From Marsupella aquatica (lineage: Eukaryota; Plantae; Marchantiophyta), in contig OZ316893.1 in assembly GCA_973895155.1 (NCBI GenBank), forward strand, positions 21,374,955 to 21,438,954: a stretch of DNA of 64,000 nucleotides, written 5' to 3'. Under the pieces are notes generated by a model. That model saw only the letters and a program-made list of their open reading frames with translations. It had not been told where the DNA came from and did no database searches. The stretch's first letter is position 1; the number at the start of each line of letters is the position of its first letter. Position numbers and translations under genes: made by a program. Of the stretch, positions 51,697 through 64,000 are shown in pieces.

Positions 51697-54600
51697 GAAG
51701 TCTGTCACCCTTCTTCCTTGTTACGGGGCTCCCCATTCGACGGCCTGGATCGGCTCCTCTGATATCTACGGCAAGACGGCAAAGTGAGGGCAGATACCAT
51801 GAAACCCCGAGTGGCCAACCATGTACCCCCAAATGGACAAAATGTAGAACAAAACCAATACTCGCCATGTATAAGGTGAAGTCGTGTACACTCACCTTAT
51901 ATATTCACTCTTCTTTCACATTGCACTCACTTTTCTCTTCTATGCCGTGCCAATTAGTTCCACATTTTCAAAATTAATGGTAATTATGTGTAACCTGTAG
52001 CTTTTGAAAGGCAGGTGTGGTGTAACATGCAGGTATAAAATGGCCCTGCCCCTAATAGTCCAATGTTCATTTGCCTAGGTGAACAATAGACCTTCCTAGA
52101 GTCTCTCACACTCACTTCCCTGACCCTCATACCCTAAAATCAGTTTTTGGTGATTTTTTCTAAATGATTTAATTATAGATGTGTTAAGTCAAGAAAGTCA
52201 ATGAAAACCCTAGAAGTCTGACACTGTTTTATGGTTAGCTTATTCCCTTCTAGAGGGCTCACCCAGTTTCACCATTCCATGGCAAAAATAGCAAACTCAG
52301 CGCAGATCTAGTGGAACCTAGAGTGGCCAATGATGTACACTATGATAGAGCTGGTACATCAATTCCTTCTAGCACGATAACCTTAACAGAGCTGATTAAT
52401 ATCACAATACTGAGCTTTACTAGGTTGCCATCTTGTTTTGTCAAAATACATACTTTGCGACTTATTTTACTTAATTCTTAACTTCAATAGTACTTTGCAA
52501 TCTGTTTTCCACCATTGGTTAGCCAGACTACTGAGGTCAGCTTAGTGTGACACCATAGTGGTCATTTTGCACCTTTTTTAATCAAACTGTTGAAACTCTC
52601 CTCAATCCTAATTGGTCTAGGATAAAGCCTGGCTAGTTTTGATTTTTATATATGTTTGCTGCATACACTATGGAATACTCACATCCAAACCTTCTGCCAG
52701 ATCCCATATACTATGTTGTCATACCTCATAAGCTCATAACTCCTCTGAATGTCACATCCAAACATTTTAATTTAGTTATCATACATCTATATATCACCAT
52801 GGCGCCCTTTGTTTGATTAGATGACCCGACTGATATGCTCTGTGCATCTAAGCCTGTAGCCCCTTGTTTGTTTCCATCCAAAGGCTATCGCCTATCATAT
52901 ATGAAGGACCATGACATCCTTACTCTATTTGGTTGTATCACCTGGTATTTGTCCCTGATTGTGGACAGACACACAGATTGACTGAAGGGAAGGAACTATG
53001 GTTAGTCCTAGAGCCCTCACTAGCTCAAGAATACTACCTACTTGTTTTTCTTTTGTTATAAGCTGAGATGGGATCTTCAATCAAACCTTTAAGCTAGCAG
53101 AAATGGGATCCAAAATGCTCTTTGTGAGAAAAAGCTTTGTTCCTCTAAATCCATATCATCCTAGTTGTAATGCATGTTTCCATAGAACTCATGCAAACTG
53201 ACAAATCCTGATCCAAGAAAAAGGTTTGAGATGGAGAAATCATGAATTATAATCTCATGTGCATTTGGGTCACGATGGTTTGGATACTAGAGATTTTCTT
53301 CCAGCTTACAACCTCGCTCAAGAGTCATCACAACACATCCAATCCGCACATCCAACCTGCCTTGTTAATTACTAGCGGATGCCCCTTGCCTTCCTTGCCA
53401 ATGCATGCAGCCACACAAGAGAGTTGTCTCACGCCCCTAAGTATTCTCTACCTACCTGTTGAATTATGACGTCTTTCTTCATGACGATACAATCATGACT
53501 CATACCATGCTCACGTAGTCGTCACAATCCATACGTGGTTCACCTCTTCTCCAAGGCTATGTCCACACAAACATAACAACTTTATTTCAAGAGTCATCGA
53601 ACACACAAGCTCTCTCTCTCTTCTTCAAGTTGCTTCGTTACAATGAGAAAGCACCATGTACCAGTGGTTTACACTAGCCCTGGTATATGCAAGGTCACAC
53701 ACGACTAACCTAACCTCAGCTAAGTCCCTAATTGTGGTTAAGCTAATTGCCGTAACCTATGAGTCACAAGACTAAGAGCAATCCTTAACACTACCTACCT
53801 GTGTCGGTTTTGGGTATAGGTACCCACTTGCTTAAGGTTGTTCGAGCTTTCCTTGGGAGTGTGGCATGAGTTACTTCAGCACCGCAGTGCTTGGTACTCG
53901 GACTGGAGCAATGTAGAGAGTGAGTAGCATGTCATGCACATAGCCATGGATGCATGCATAATCCCATGGGGGCATGGTTAGCTTAACCACTGCCCTACCA
54001 TGAGCGTTTTTGTGTAGCCCAAGTGCAACTTTGGGGGATGGCTTGCAATTGAAAAGCTTGTGCGAACCTAGGTACTGGCCATGGTTTCATCCCAAAAATG
54101 AGATATTTAATCATTTTCTGAGAAAACCAACCTAGGAGTAAATTGCATATCTCCTCTCAACTGCTTCTCTGACTCTGGCACCTCCTCACTGTCAAGCATC
54201 CTCCTGTAACGTCATTGTTTTGGGGGTGGGGGGTCGGACACTCCCACTGGGGGGGGGGGGGTTGGTTCCACGGACCCTGGGGCCCGCTAATGGGCTCAAT
54301 TAGAGTTGGTAGGGGGATAGGCAGCACAAAAGGGTATTACATTAAGTGATTAAAGTGACTTGAGAAGCTGGCCTTCATTTTAGATCTTCTTGGCCAAATA
54401 TTAACCTCTATTTGACTTTCATGATCCTAACCTCTACTTAACATAAGAGAAAGATCATACCAATGCTCTGTAAAAGGTACTGTAGGTACGTCCAATTAAC
54501 AAAGTTAAACAGGAAAACTCCAGCTTGTTGTCGTGTGGTGATGATGGAGCAGTGCTGATCTTAATCTTCTCTCCGATGTTTTCGCTATTCGTCCCCTCTC

Positions 54601-55200
54601 GAGGCACGAATCAAGCTTGTTTGTCATCCTGTCGAGCTCAAACCCTCAATTCCTCACGCCACGTCTGGAGGCTGGCCCACTACCAAGGATCCAGGGCAAA
54701 GGCAAAGGCAAAGGCAAGAGAAGGAGCGATTGGTGCAAAGACAGAGAGATTCCTTCAGACTAGTAGAGCCCACGAGCCCGGATATATGGCTAGTGGCTAG
54801 GCCAGGCCGGTACAGGAAGTCTGATGATTGCTTGCCTCTGTGGATTCCATGAACTTGGGTCGAGTTGCTAATGCTGTCAATAAGGGAGGTGGGTCATCTC
54901 TATTGCTCTCAATCAGTTAGTTCTCCTCGATTGTCAGTCCCTCCTCACACCGAAACAATCGATCAAGCGAAAGCAAGAAAGCAAGCAAGGAAGGAAGGAA
55001 CGAAGGAAGGAAAGATATCTGCTGAAGGAGGAAATTGCAGCATTCCGAGAATAAGGTGGACCTCCCCAATTGTCCTGGGCAATCAGTCGACTTAAGTGGA
55101 GTGGAGTAGCCAAGAAGGGCCACAACTCAAAGAAGAGGGCCTGTTCTGTGCTGGGTCGTCGGAATCTCTTCAATTCGGATCGCCGCAACAGCAAGAAGGG

Positions 55201-58200
55201 ATGGTGGATTCAGGGGAGCCTGTGCCAATCTACACGTCCCTGGAGGATGTGTATGGACAAGGGGTGGGCCTGGTGGCCGCTGAATCTCGGTACAAGAATT
55301 TGAGGCAAAAGTTCCTGGACATTTACGAGCACGAGCCACAGTTATATGCGCGGGCGCCAGGTTTTTATCCATCCTTGATGACTTCATTCACCCCTGTTCG
55401 CTAGGAGAAAGCTTGGTACTGTGGAACTCCATCTGGATCACTGCATGACTTGAAGACAATCAGATGCCAAGTTTCTCAGGGAACTGGTTAATTAGATTGT
55501 AAAAGGCTTTGGTCGGACCGAAAGGTGTGAGAAGACACTTGGAGGACTGGACAGGGGGGTGGATCCATGGTATATTGCAATCTGCGATTGAATGATGGAC
55601 GTATAGAAGTGCTACAAAAATGAGGGGATGCTGAAATTCAGCTAGGGAGCATTCAGGCATGATTTTGAGAAGGAATCTGAAGCCAACTGACTTCTCTGAT
55701 TCTACTATATCTTACTTTGCATCTATTGTGGCCAAAGTTAGCTGCCACCCTCCAGATGGTTTTTGATCAGGATAAGGTTCTCATATTGTTCTCCTAGAAT
55801 TGAATAATGGACAAGCAAAATGTATGGAAGATTGTAGGGGATACTGAATGTCATGGAGGTTGCAGTCTGGCGTGAATTGTGGAATAATTTACAACAAACC
55901 GATTTCCGGATTGCTTGAAGTGAATTTATCCATGAAAGGGTCTGTGCATAGGCTTTAGCCATCAACAATGTGCATAGTGTAGAATATTACGGAGCCACTG
56001 ACCGCTGTCTAAAACTATGCGCAGGGCGAGTAAATTTGATTGGTGAGCACATCGACTACGAAGGATATTCTGTTTTGCCCATGGCTCTGCTGCACGACAC
56101 AATTGTGGCCATTCGCACAGCAGAGCCTAGTGAAAAGCCTCCAAAGTTGCGTGTTGCTAATGTTCAATCGGACAAGTATCGTGACTGTTGCTTTGCAGCA
56201 GATCCTTCCCAGGTGCTGCAACTTGCCTTTCTACTCAAATCTGGACTGATAGTGCCCGTCGAGGTGTAATTGTGTGGATTCCAACTAGAAACTAGTTGCC
56301 AGCATTGCTCTTTGAAGTCATTGATTGCAGAAGTTTTTTGGCTGAACAGGTTTCTGTCACTTGACTTCACAGGAAGTGAACAGGGCCAACCATGTCTGGG
56401 CAAACTACTTCCTCTGCGGGTATTGTTGGTCAACATTGTTCCCCACATTTGATGCTATCTTCAGAGATTAATTATTTTTCACATTACTCCAATGGAAGTC
56501 ATCATAGACGCTGAATTATATGTGCCCAGGTACAAAGGGGTCTTCGAACACCTCCAGGCGAAAGGATTAGCCATCGGAAGTCCTGTTGGACTAGATGTCT
56601 TGGTTGAAGGCAATGTCCCAGTAGGTGAGCTTGTTTCTTTCAAGGTTTTTCAAAGTAAATTTATTCAGTTTAGAATATTGAATTCTTCACTAGGTATCTG
56701 TATTGTTGATTGCACAGAAGGTACTTAAGTTGGTTTTTGCAAGAACATTTGCAAACTTGAAAGAATATAGGTGGGGCGGGTAGAAAGCGAATGGGATATT
56801 ATATGGGAGGACAACTGAACACTCGTTAAACTCAGCACAGCTGCGGCCTTACGCAATCTGTTCCGAATCATTTCATTTCGTATTGCGCTCCGAAGCAGTG
56901 GAACACGATTACCTTTGTTTAGGAATTGACAGTGCAGAGCATCTTCTACTGACTTGCTCTCAAAACATCGTTTCAAATTGTCCCCATTGGAACTTTGTGT
57001 TCAGCATTAACAAATTCATGTCTCGAGTGTCCAGTGTGTTATACGTTAAGCCAACAAAGGTTTCAATGAGAGTTTGCATGCAGGTGCTGGTGTATCGAGT
57101 TCAGCAGCCATAGTTGTCTCATCCGCAATCGCTGTAATGGCGGCTTTTGGTCTCAAATTTTCTAAGGTGTTCCCTCTGTTCCTCCGTCTCTTTCCATGAC
57201 TTAATCACACAGGGGCAGGAGTTTCCAGTTCATCAGCGCTGGTATGCTCATCTGTTGTTGCCATAGTTGGGCTACACAACTTGGAGTTTTCCAAGGTATA
57301 TGATGCTTCATGACATGGTCCCTGTGCAGATAGTCATGTGTGGGTAGCCTCCTTAACTATGCATCTTTTTGCCCATCTCTGTTAGAAGAGAGAAATGCAT
57401 TGCTTCAGAACTAGATACCATGGTCTGAAGATGGAAGGCCCATTATCTAATCGTCTGCCCTACTTCGAGGGGACTTTTGTGGCAGCAAGAAGTGTCCGAG
57501 TTTGCATGCACTTGTGAACGCCATATCGGTACGCAGTCCGGAGGAATGGACCAGGTAGGATTCTTACCCATTACTGGCTGATCTAATTGTACAGGATGCG
57601 TGTCGTTACACGATGTGATACGTATTATGATCCATGTTCTTTGTGTTGGGAACGGTAAAACAATATTGCGATTACCAATTTTGCAAATCAGTAGGTTACA
57701 GAAGTCTTCGCAACTCTGTTGTTTCTCTCCTGTTCAGGAAAAAATTGTGAGCCAGGATTTTGGATTGAAGTTTAATAGCTCTCAGGCTACAAAGTAATCT
57801 CCATTGCAAGGCTGTAGTACAACAAGGAGAAAGATTAAAGTTACGACGGAGTGTTTGGAGCTGTCTTCAGTCTTGACACATGATTATCAAGGCAGGATCT
57901 AATATGTTGGGAAGGTATCTGATGGAAGACTTGTATTCAGGTCCTGAGTGTGGCGACTACAACTTATTAACTTTGATATTGCCAACGTGATTATGGCAGG
58001 CTATATCAGTGATGGCAAAGAAGGGAGTTGCGAAGCTCATTGATTTCGACCCCATTCGAGCAAGTGATGTTGTTTTGCCTTCGAAAGGTGCTTTCGTCAT
58101 AGCAAACTCTTTGACTGTCTCGAGCAAAGCTGTCACTGCTGCCACGAACTACAACAACCGGGTTGTCGAGTGTCGTCTTGCTGCAGTAATCTCCTTACTT

Positions 58201-60374
58201 TTCTGTAGTCATAATATTTTTGAAATGGATCATCAGTTTCGAATTTGGAGATTATGTCCGACCTCGAGAGACTTTCTACTGTGGCTAGTGCTTATGACGT
58301 GCGTCCATATCTTACATTTCAGTCCACAATTTAGTCTTCGCAAAAGTCTCTCCTTCCATATTGCTTGTGAGTTTCCTTCAAATGTTGAAAATTAGGTTTA
58401 ATATGAAGAGCGGTCTCTGGTGGTCTTTTAGATGGTGCTAGCAGTGAAGTTGGGAATGCCGCTCCATGAAGTGCAAACAGTTCAAAATCTCTCGAATGTG
58501 GAAGGCCTGTGTGTTGCTTATGCTGATAATCATGGTGCGTCATCGCCCATTCTCGCTGTTGAGGTACAGTCACGCTCCTTCTGAATTTGGCCTTCTCTTT
58601 TTATATCTAGAAGCGAGTCTAAGCGTTTGGCCTTACATTTGTTTCATTCCTTGAGGAGAGGACCTCATAACACAGCTGTCATTGAATGTAAGTGTTTATT
58701 TTTTCTGCCAGAGGTAGTCTTGTCAGGTAAAGCCACTCCTTTTGCATCACTTTTTAGTGTCCCTTTCATGGCTATCTCCAATTTGTTGAACTGCATGTTA
58801 AGCAACCAGTAACTGAATTCATCCCATGTTCGAAGTCTAGCTACACAAAAACAAGCGTACAGAAGTGACTTCCATAACGCTGCCAGACGTTGACTTGATA
58901 GCTATTTAATGGACTCCAATTGCATCCATGCAGGAGTACCTCCATGAAGAACCTTATACGGCAGAAGAAATCGAAGGAATCGTTCAACAAAGTTTGCAAT
59001 CAATTATGGCAAATTCACCAAGCTCACTGGCGGTTCTTGCTGCTGCAAAGACCTTCAAGCTCTCACAGGTATTTCATTTTCACCCGGGGAGCTATCCCTC
59101 TGACAAGCTTTACACCACTGTTACAATTGAGGGGAACAAAGTGACAGGGTTCCTGTGGGTAGTGCTTTTTGATTCGTGTGTCCATTTTTGGGGCAGGATA
59201 ACTAGACAAGGATGTTTCATATCAGTTGTCAACGAAGTCGTCACAGTTTCTGACATTGTCTGTAACATTCACAATATACTGTGTCTGTGGTGTTAATTTG
59301 CAGAGAGCGAAGCATGTGTACACTGAAGCCCAGCGAGTGTACAAGTTTCGGGAGGCTGTTCTTTCTTCTGCAGAGTCTGTACCTTTCTCCTTCTAATTTA
59401 TTGATAAGAATTAAAGCCATTGATTTATTTTCTTCCAAGATTTTGTCTAGTCTGTTTCCATCCAATTACATGCAAGGTTTGCTAGGATTTATGCTTGTGG
59501 CGGTCATAGGGATTTACAAGTTTTCAATATCTTGAAAATCCGGATTGCGGGCGATTAAGAAGATGGATGTCTCTGATTTGAGATGATACTGTTTGTTCAG
59601 TGATGACAAGAAGCTTCAACAACTTGGAAACCTCATGGATGAGAGTCATGCAAGTTGCAGTAAATTATATGAGTGCAGGTTTGTTCGATTCTCTTCTTTA
59701 CCTCTCATAGAGCGAAGCAAAGTTTACGTTCTCTCCTGGACCCAGGCTTCTTTTCACTGTTTCAGTAAGTTGGCGTCTTGTAGTTCTCTTACCCTGTATG
59801 TCAGGTTGGAGTTCATCTGAAACGAGAGTGCGAGATGTTAATCTAATTTCTACGCTTATTCAAATGGCCTCCCTCAGCTGTCCCGAATTGGAGGAACTTG
59901 TGAAAGTCTGTCGAACCAGTGGAGCCATTGGAGCTCGGCTCACAGGTGCTGGCTGGGGAGGATGTGTCGTTTCCCTCGTGGAGGAAAGTTCGGTTTCTGG
60001 ATTCATAAGTTCTTTAAAGGTAATATTTCATGGTCTTAGATTCGAGCAGCGCATGTTTTTGGGGTTCTCTGAGTGACTTCAGAAAAGGTCACGACGCATA
60101 CTTCATTGGTTGAATAAAACCTGACATTTTCCATGAGGAACTAGCTCGAAGTTGGATGGAAGAAAGTGATGATGTGAGACTACAGAGAAGGGAGGCTTTT
60201 CCTGAAACCATTGCTTCCTATTTTTCTAACATGCAATATGGTGGGACAATTTCGCAGGATGAATTCTATCAATCAAGAATTGATAAACAACTGATAAAGT
60301 CTGAAGATCTGGATTCGTATGTGTTCGCATCCAAACCTTCCGGTGGTGCTGCCGTATTGAAGATCCAATTCTAG
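55201..60374 (+). CDS. GALK: Galactokinase (GHMP kinase family) with a duplicated exon 5
   Basis: Approximate exons 55201-55360, 56025-56212, 56373-56418, 56530-56623, [57084-57166 or 57213-57295], 57486-57554, 58000-58185, 58432-58563, 58934-59068, 59304-~59374, 59601-59678, 59878-60019, 60258-60374. Motifs [117 protein letters not shown]. Confidence 0.97.
57084..57166 (+). other. GALK exon 5A (83 nt), candidate mutually exclusive exon
   Basis: catgcag|GT GCT GGT GTA TCG AGT TCA GCA GCC...TCT AAG|gtgttc, encoding [28 protein letters not shown]. Confidence 0.9.
57213..57295 (+). other. GALK exon 5B (83 nt), candidate mutually exclusive exon
   Basis: cacacag|GG GCA GGA GTT TCC AGT TCA TCA GCG...TCC AAG|gtatat, encoding [28 protein letters not shown]. 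Confidence 0.88.
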
Positions 60375-61278
60375 GTTAGTGGAGACCTTAGTTCAAGATT
60401 TGACGGAGTGGGTGCTTCGATCTCTTGTTCGATTTGACGAGTTCAAATTACTGTTTTCCGTTTCCCCCCAAAATTATATTGTAGGAAGTGGACAGCGTGT
60501 ATCAGGGTAGAAGAAGTTATTTTGCTCATCAATTCATGTAACGTTGCTGGATCACCTTTTCCACTGTTCCAAAAGTAGCAGCATGGGGATTTGTAGATTA
60601 TTTCACACTAATGAAGTCACATTATTTGCAAATGCACTTTCAACGTTACTCTGGCTAGGCAAGTCAATGTCACAGACGCAGTGTCGTACCTCTCAAGCGG
60701 CCCAACTCGTCTGTCATATAAGGGACAATGGTGATAGTCCCAACTTATATTATCTTGACCTCACCAAAATAGCCGCTTTCAAGCAGTTCGTTGAACACTT
60801 TTCTATGAATGTTCACAGTTTAACAGTATACTATGATCAATATCTGGGTGACAAATTTCCAAAGTATTGCTGTATATTAAACGAGGTATTCAAGAAACTT
60901 TGGCAAACTACCAATTGAAACGAAGAATATGCTAAATTCGCCACATGAAACATATTCGATTGTCCTCAAGATTTACTCGAATCATTTCATAGGACAAGAT
61001 AAAAGCAATTGTATTGGTATAGCTGTCAGCTATATCATCAACTAAAAAGTCATATCTTCAATTCTTTTGCTACCAGTTGATATAACGAACATTTGTCGCA
61101 TACTTCTTGAAGTTGGAGATGCAAAGATGAGCATCGCCGGAGTTTAGCTGCTTCTCTGTTGCTTAGACTCATGTGCTCAAACTCTCGTCCGCTACTCGGT
61201 ACGTAGCCACCAAGGGGTCATGTGGACATGGCTGTGAGTTGGTTGTTACTGAGGGTCACATTTCGGAAGACAAGTAGC

Positions 61279-61486
61279 ATGTTACTTTCAGCATGAATAG
61301 TGTGAGGATGCAAAGCTGGTTGACAAGGTGTAAACCTCAATTTAGTAGATACTTGCAGGCACCAGTGTCATTGTTTGGTATAATGTTATTTTCAGCTTGG
61401 ACAGTGTTGAGGATGCAAAGCTGTTTGACAAGGTGTAAACATCAATTTATTGGATACTTGCAGGCACCTGTGTCATTGTTTGGTAT
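61279..61486. repeat. Tandem duplication of about 105 bp between convergent genes
   Basis: tgaggatgcaaagctg.ttgacaaggtgtaaac.tcaattta.t.gatacttgcaggcacc.gtgtcattgtttggtat at 61303 and 61408. Confidence 0.88.
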
Positions 61487-62069
61487 GAACTCGGAAGTTC
61501 AAGTTAAAAAGATCAAACCACAAGTCATAGCTATGCCAAAATTTATTTTACTCATTTCCATCCATTTACACTCTAGGGAGACGAAAATCAATCACTTCAC
61601 ATTTCCTAAGTTGACAATAGAACACATGGATAGCACTTCCAAACACACGTCTCTTCGAAGAAAATGTAATCTGCGCTCTGCGAAGAGTGTCATACGTCAC
61701 CCGCACCTCCATGAGGTAGCAAATGACCTCAAATTTGTCGGGCGAAGAAGAATTTCAAACATGCAGAACAAAGAATATACATAATAAATATTGTACATTG
61801 CCAAATTCGTTCCATGAAGTGGGTTTCTAATAGATTACACATCTCTCCATTTCGACACTCCCCGTTCAAGGTGAGCTCACCTCCCCCTAGGTCGTTTCTA
61901 TATCGCCGCGCAGGCGACTGAATGGACCGCGAGGCGCAGGATTTCTCAGTTTGGGAGTTCGTGCAGCACTCCGAATATATATGCATGATCACGCGCTCGT
62001 CGCAAAGCTTCAATCTTCCAGACTTGACAGCTTCGGAATGCGGATTTGTGTGCGGTGAGTTGCGTGCAC

Positions 62070-63370
62070 TTAAGCTGATGTCGCAGCATGTCCACCCCCT
62101 CCCAGGAAGGGCTCGTTGATAAGATCGGCATCGGTCACAGACCGATGAGCTGCAAAAAACATTGCATGTAGAAGTTTTGAGTTAGAATTTTGATACGCTG
62201 TCTGTGCTTCACAAGAGCTTAGTCTTATAAAAAAAGTCTACAGGTAGATGCGCCAAGTCATCATGCACTCATGCAACACGAGCGGGAACACGAATCCAGT
62301 GAGTGTAGGATACTAACATTTGCCAAGGAATCCCATGACGGAAATTAGAAGCAGGGAAAGTCCCGTAAAGGCCAAGTCTGCTCCAAACGCGATGCTGATG
62401 AGCCCGGTTCCGTATTTGCCAGTCATGGACCAGACAACCAAAGCCAAGATCATTGACGCGACGCCACTCACCAACACCACCGGCCAAGTGACAATTTTCC
62501 TAACTGCGATGGCCATGAATACTTTTATACACCCCTGCAACCATGCAAACAGTCAGCTCAATGGACATACTCGGTACGTGGTATTGCCAGTTGAAGATTG
62601 AAAGCCCATCGGAAAGTTGACCATCCTTTTCTCAAACTTGTCCACATCTGTTCTCCCTCCTACTAGCTAGTATCAAGTCCAATCATGATGCGATGGCCCA
62701 GTCCACTAACTTTCAACTGTAATTAATGCACAACCACAAATAGAACAAACATCAAGCTATCGGCTGGTCCGGAATGGGGGTGGAGGCAAAGAGGTCACCA
62801 TACATGGAGAATAAACCATCCAGCGAGCAGAATTGTGAGATGAGAGGTGGTCGACGGCGGTCTGATCAACATGTAGATACCGGCTGCCAAATGCAAGCCA
62901 CTCAGTAAAAAGAACGCCGTCGTACCAGGGGCACCGCAGATCAAGAGAAACATCAAAAGAGTGACACTCCCGCCGAGAATCAAAAGCCATGCCAGGAGTG
63001 TCTCAACAGCCACTCCGAATACCAGAGGCAGAACGATCGCCAGCGCCCCCACCGCAGCGAACACGATTCCATAGAGACTGTAGTACAGCGTCAGCCGGTC
63101 CAGAGCCTCGTCTGGAATGTGTCCGGACATGGGCCGAATGGGAATCGTGAAATAAAATGTCCTTCCCCTGCTTCCGGCGGCCTGAGAGCGACTCTCTGAG
63201 CCCGCTGGCGGCTGCTCGATGTCTGGAGAAGCTTCGCCATACTCCTCCGTCCGCTCTTCTTTCGTGTCACTCTCCTCCACCTGTTTTCTGCCTTTCTCGC
63301 TCTCCTCACCATCGCCACTCCCTCTCGCACGTACTACTGCATATTTCTCATGCTGCTCTTCTCGCGCCAT
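62070..63370 (-). CDS. HdeD/DUF308-like multi-pass membrane protein with a charged N-terminal extension
   Basis: Exons 63370-62804, 62534-62318 and 62149-62070. About six hydrophobic helices with an HdeD-like pattern: YGIVFAAVGALAIVLP, LLAWLLILGG, SGLHLAAGIYMLIRP, LTILLAGWFILHGCIKVF, WPVVLVSGVASMILAL, LISIAFGADLAFTGLSLL. The start codon is uncertain. Confidence 0.75.
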
Positions 63371-63941
63371 GTCGAGGAGCCGGTCCACTCTTCCTACCAA
63401 ATCCTCCGTGATGACAAAACCTTCCCTTCCCGATCTCGACTCAGACTCGCGAAATTGAACCACCTCAGGCTCACAGGACTCCGAAATTTCAGACTCCAAC
63501 AACCTTCACCATCAATTTCTCCTCACTTTGAGAGCTGAAACACTCTCGAGACCTCTTAATTGAAGCAGAATTCTACCGACATGTCGGTCGATCGCGAGAC
63601 CACCACAGCGAAACTAAATTCGCTTACTCGAACGGCGATTCGACTAGGAAACTATATCCGGCATCCCCAGCAGCGGACCCGCTTCAGATTGAGTACTGCT
63701 CGGATCCGAGGTCGGCGAGGTGCTGAGATTTGGAAGTGCTTGCTCATGGTTTTCTTCGCATGCTGCCCACCGATCGAATTGGAAACAGCTGCCATGCTTC
63801 TCGACGGTATCCCGAACCGTCGCAAAACAGCCGTCGCGGGCGGACGGCGGGATTATCGAATTTCCATTATCTAAAAACGAACAGTCAGCGAAATCTCACC
63901 GTTCGAATCCCGATATCGACGATCGTCCGAGTGTTGTAGTT

Positions 63942-63950
63942 TAGGCCCAA
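63942..63950 (-). promoter_or_regulatory. Site II-like motif TGGGCC upstream of the HdeD-like gene
   Basis: aggcccaat on the + strand, near a plausible TSS region. Confidence 0.3.
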
Positions 63951-64000
63951 TAGGAAACGTGGGTTAAACTCAGGGCCCGGGAGACGAGTCTGGGGACCCG

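Noticed and set aside
44443-52212. Functional link between the TRF-like gene and the neighbouring telo-box-bearing RPS30
   Set aside because: Telo-boxes are common in ribosomal-protein promoters, so adjacency is most likely coincidental.
55096-55200. GTG-initiated N-terminal extension or transit peptide of GALK
   Set aside because: Acidic and unlike a transit peptide; ATG 55201 gives the expected plant GALK N-terminus ([12 protein letters not shown]).
61293-61784. 163-aa ORF with an internal repeat
   Set aside because: Produced by the 105-bp duplication in the 3' region between convergent genes; no recognisable protein features.

Overview
Intron-rich land-plant genomic DNA; a bryophyte, most likely a liverwort, is my inference from gene content and style and cannot be confirmed here. 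Supported genes in order: an 18-exon DENN-domain (Rab GEF) gene; a non-canonical NB-ARC/STAND gene with hydrophobic, probably transmembrane, segments where LRRs would normally be; a small secreted SSAP-repeat glycoprotein; an intronless secreted alpha/beta-hydrolase of microbial appearance with a pseudogenised tandem copy; a 5'-truncated LINE with a 10-bp target-site duplication; a C2-domain gene; a TRF-like Myb gene; RPS30 (minus strand, missed by the ORF track); galactokinase; and an HdeD/DUF308-like membrane protein gene. The strongest finding is a pair of tandem 83-nt exons in the galactokinase gene, 46 nt apart, that each encode the GHMP ATP-binding loop. This is the classic layout of mutually exclusive exons, which are rare in plants. 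Exon boundaries were inferred by eye from GT-AG sites and frame continuity, and no database searches were run.
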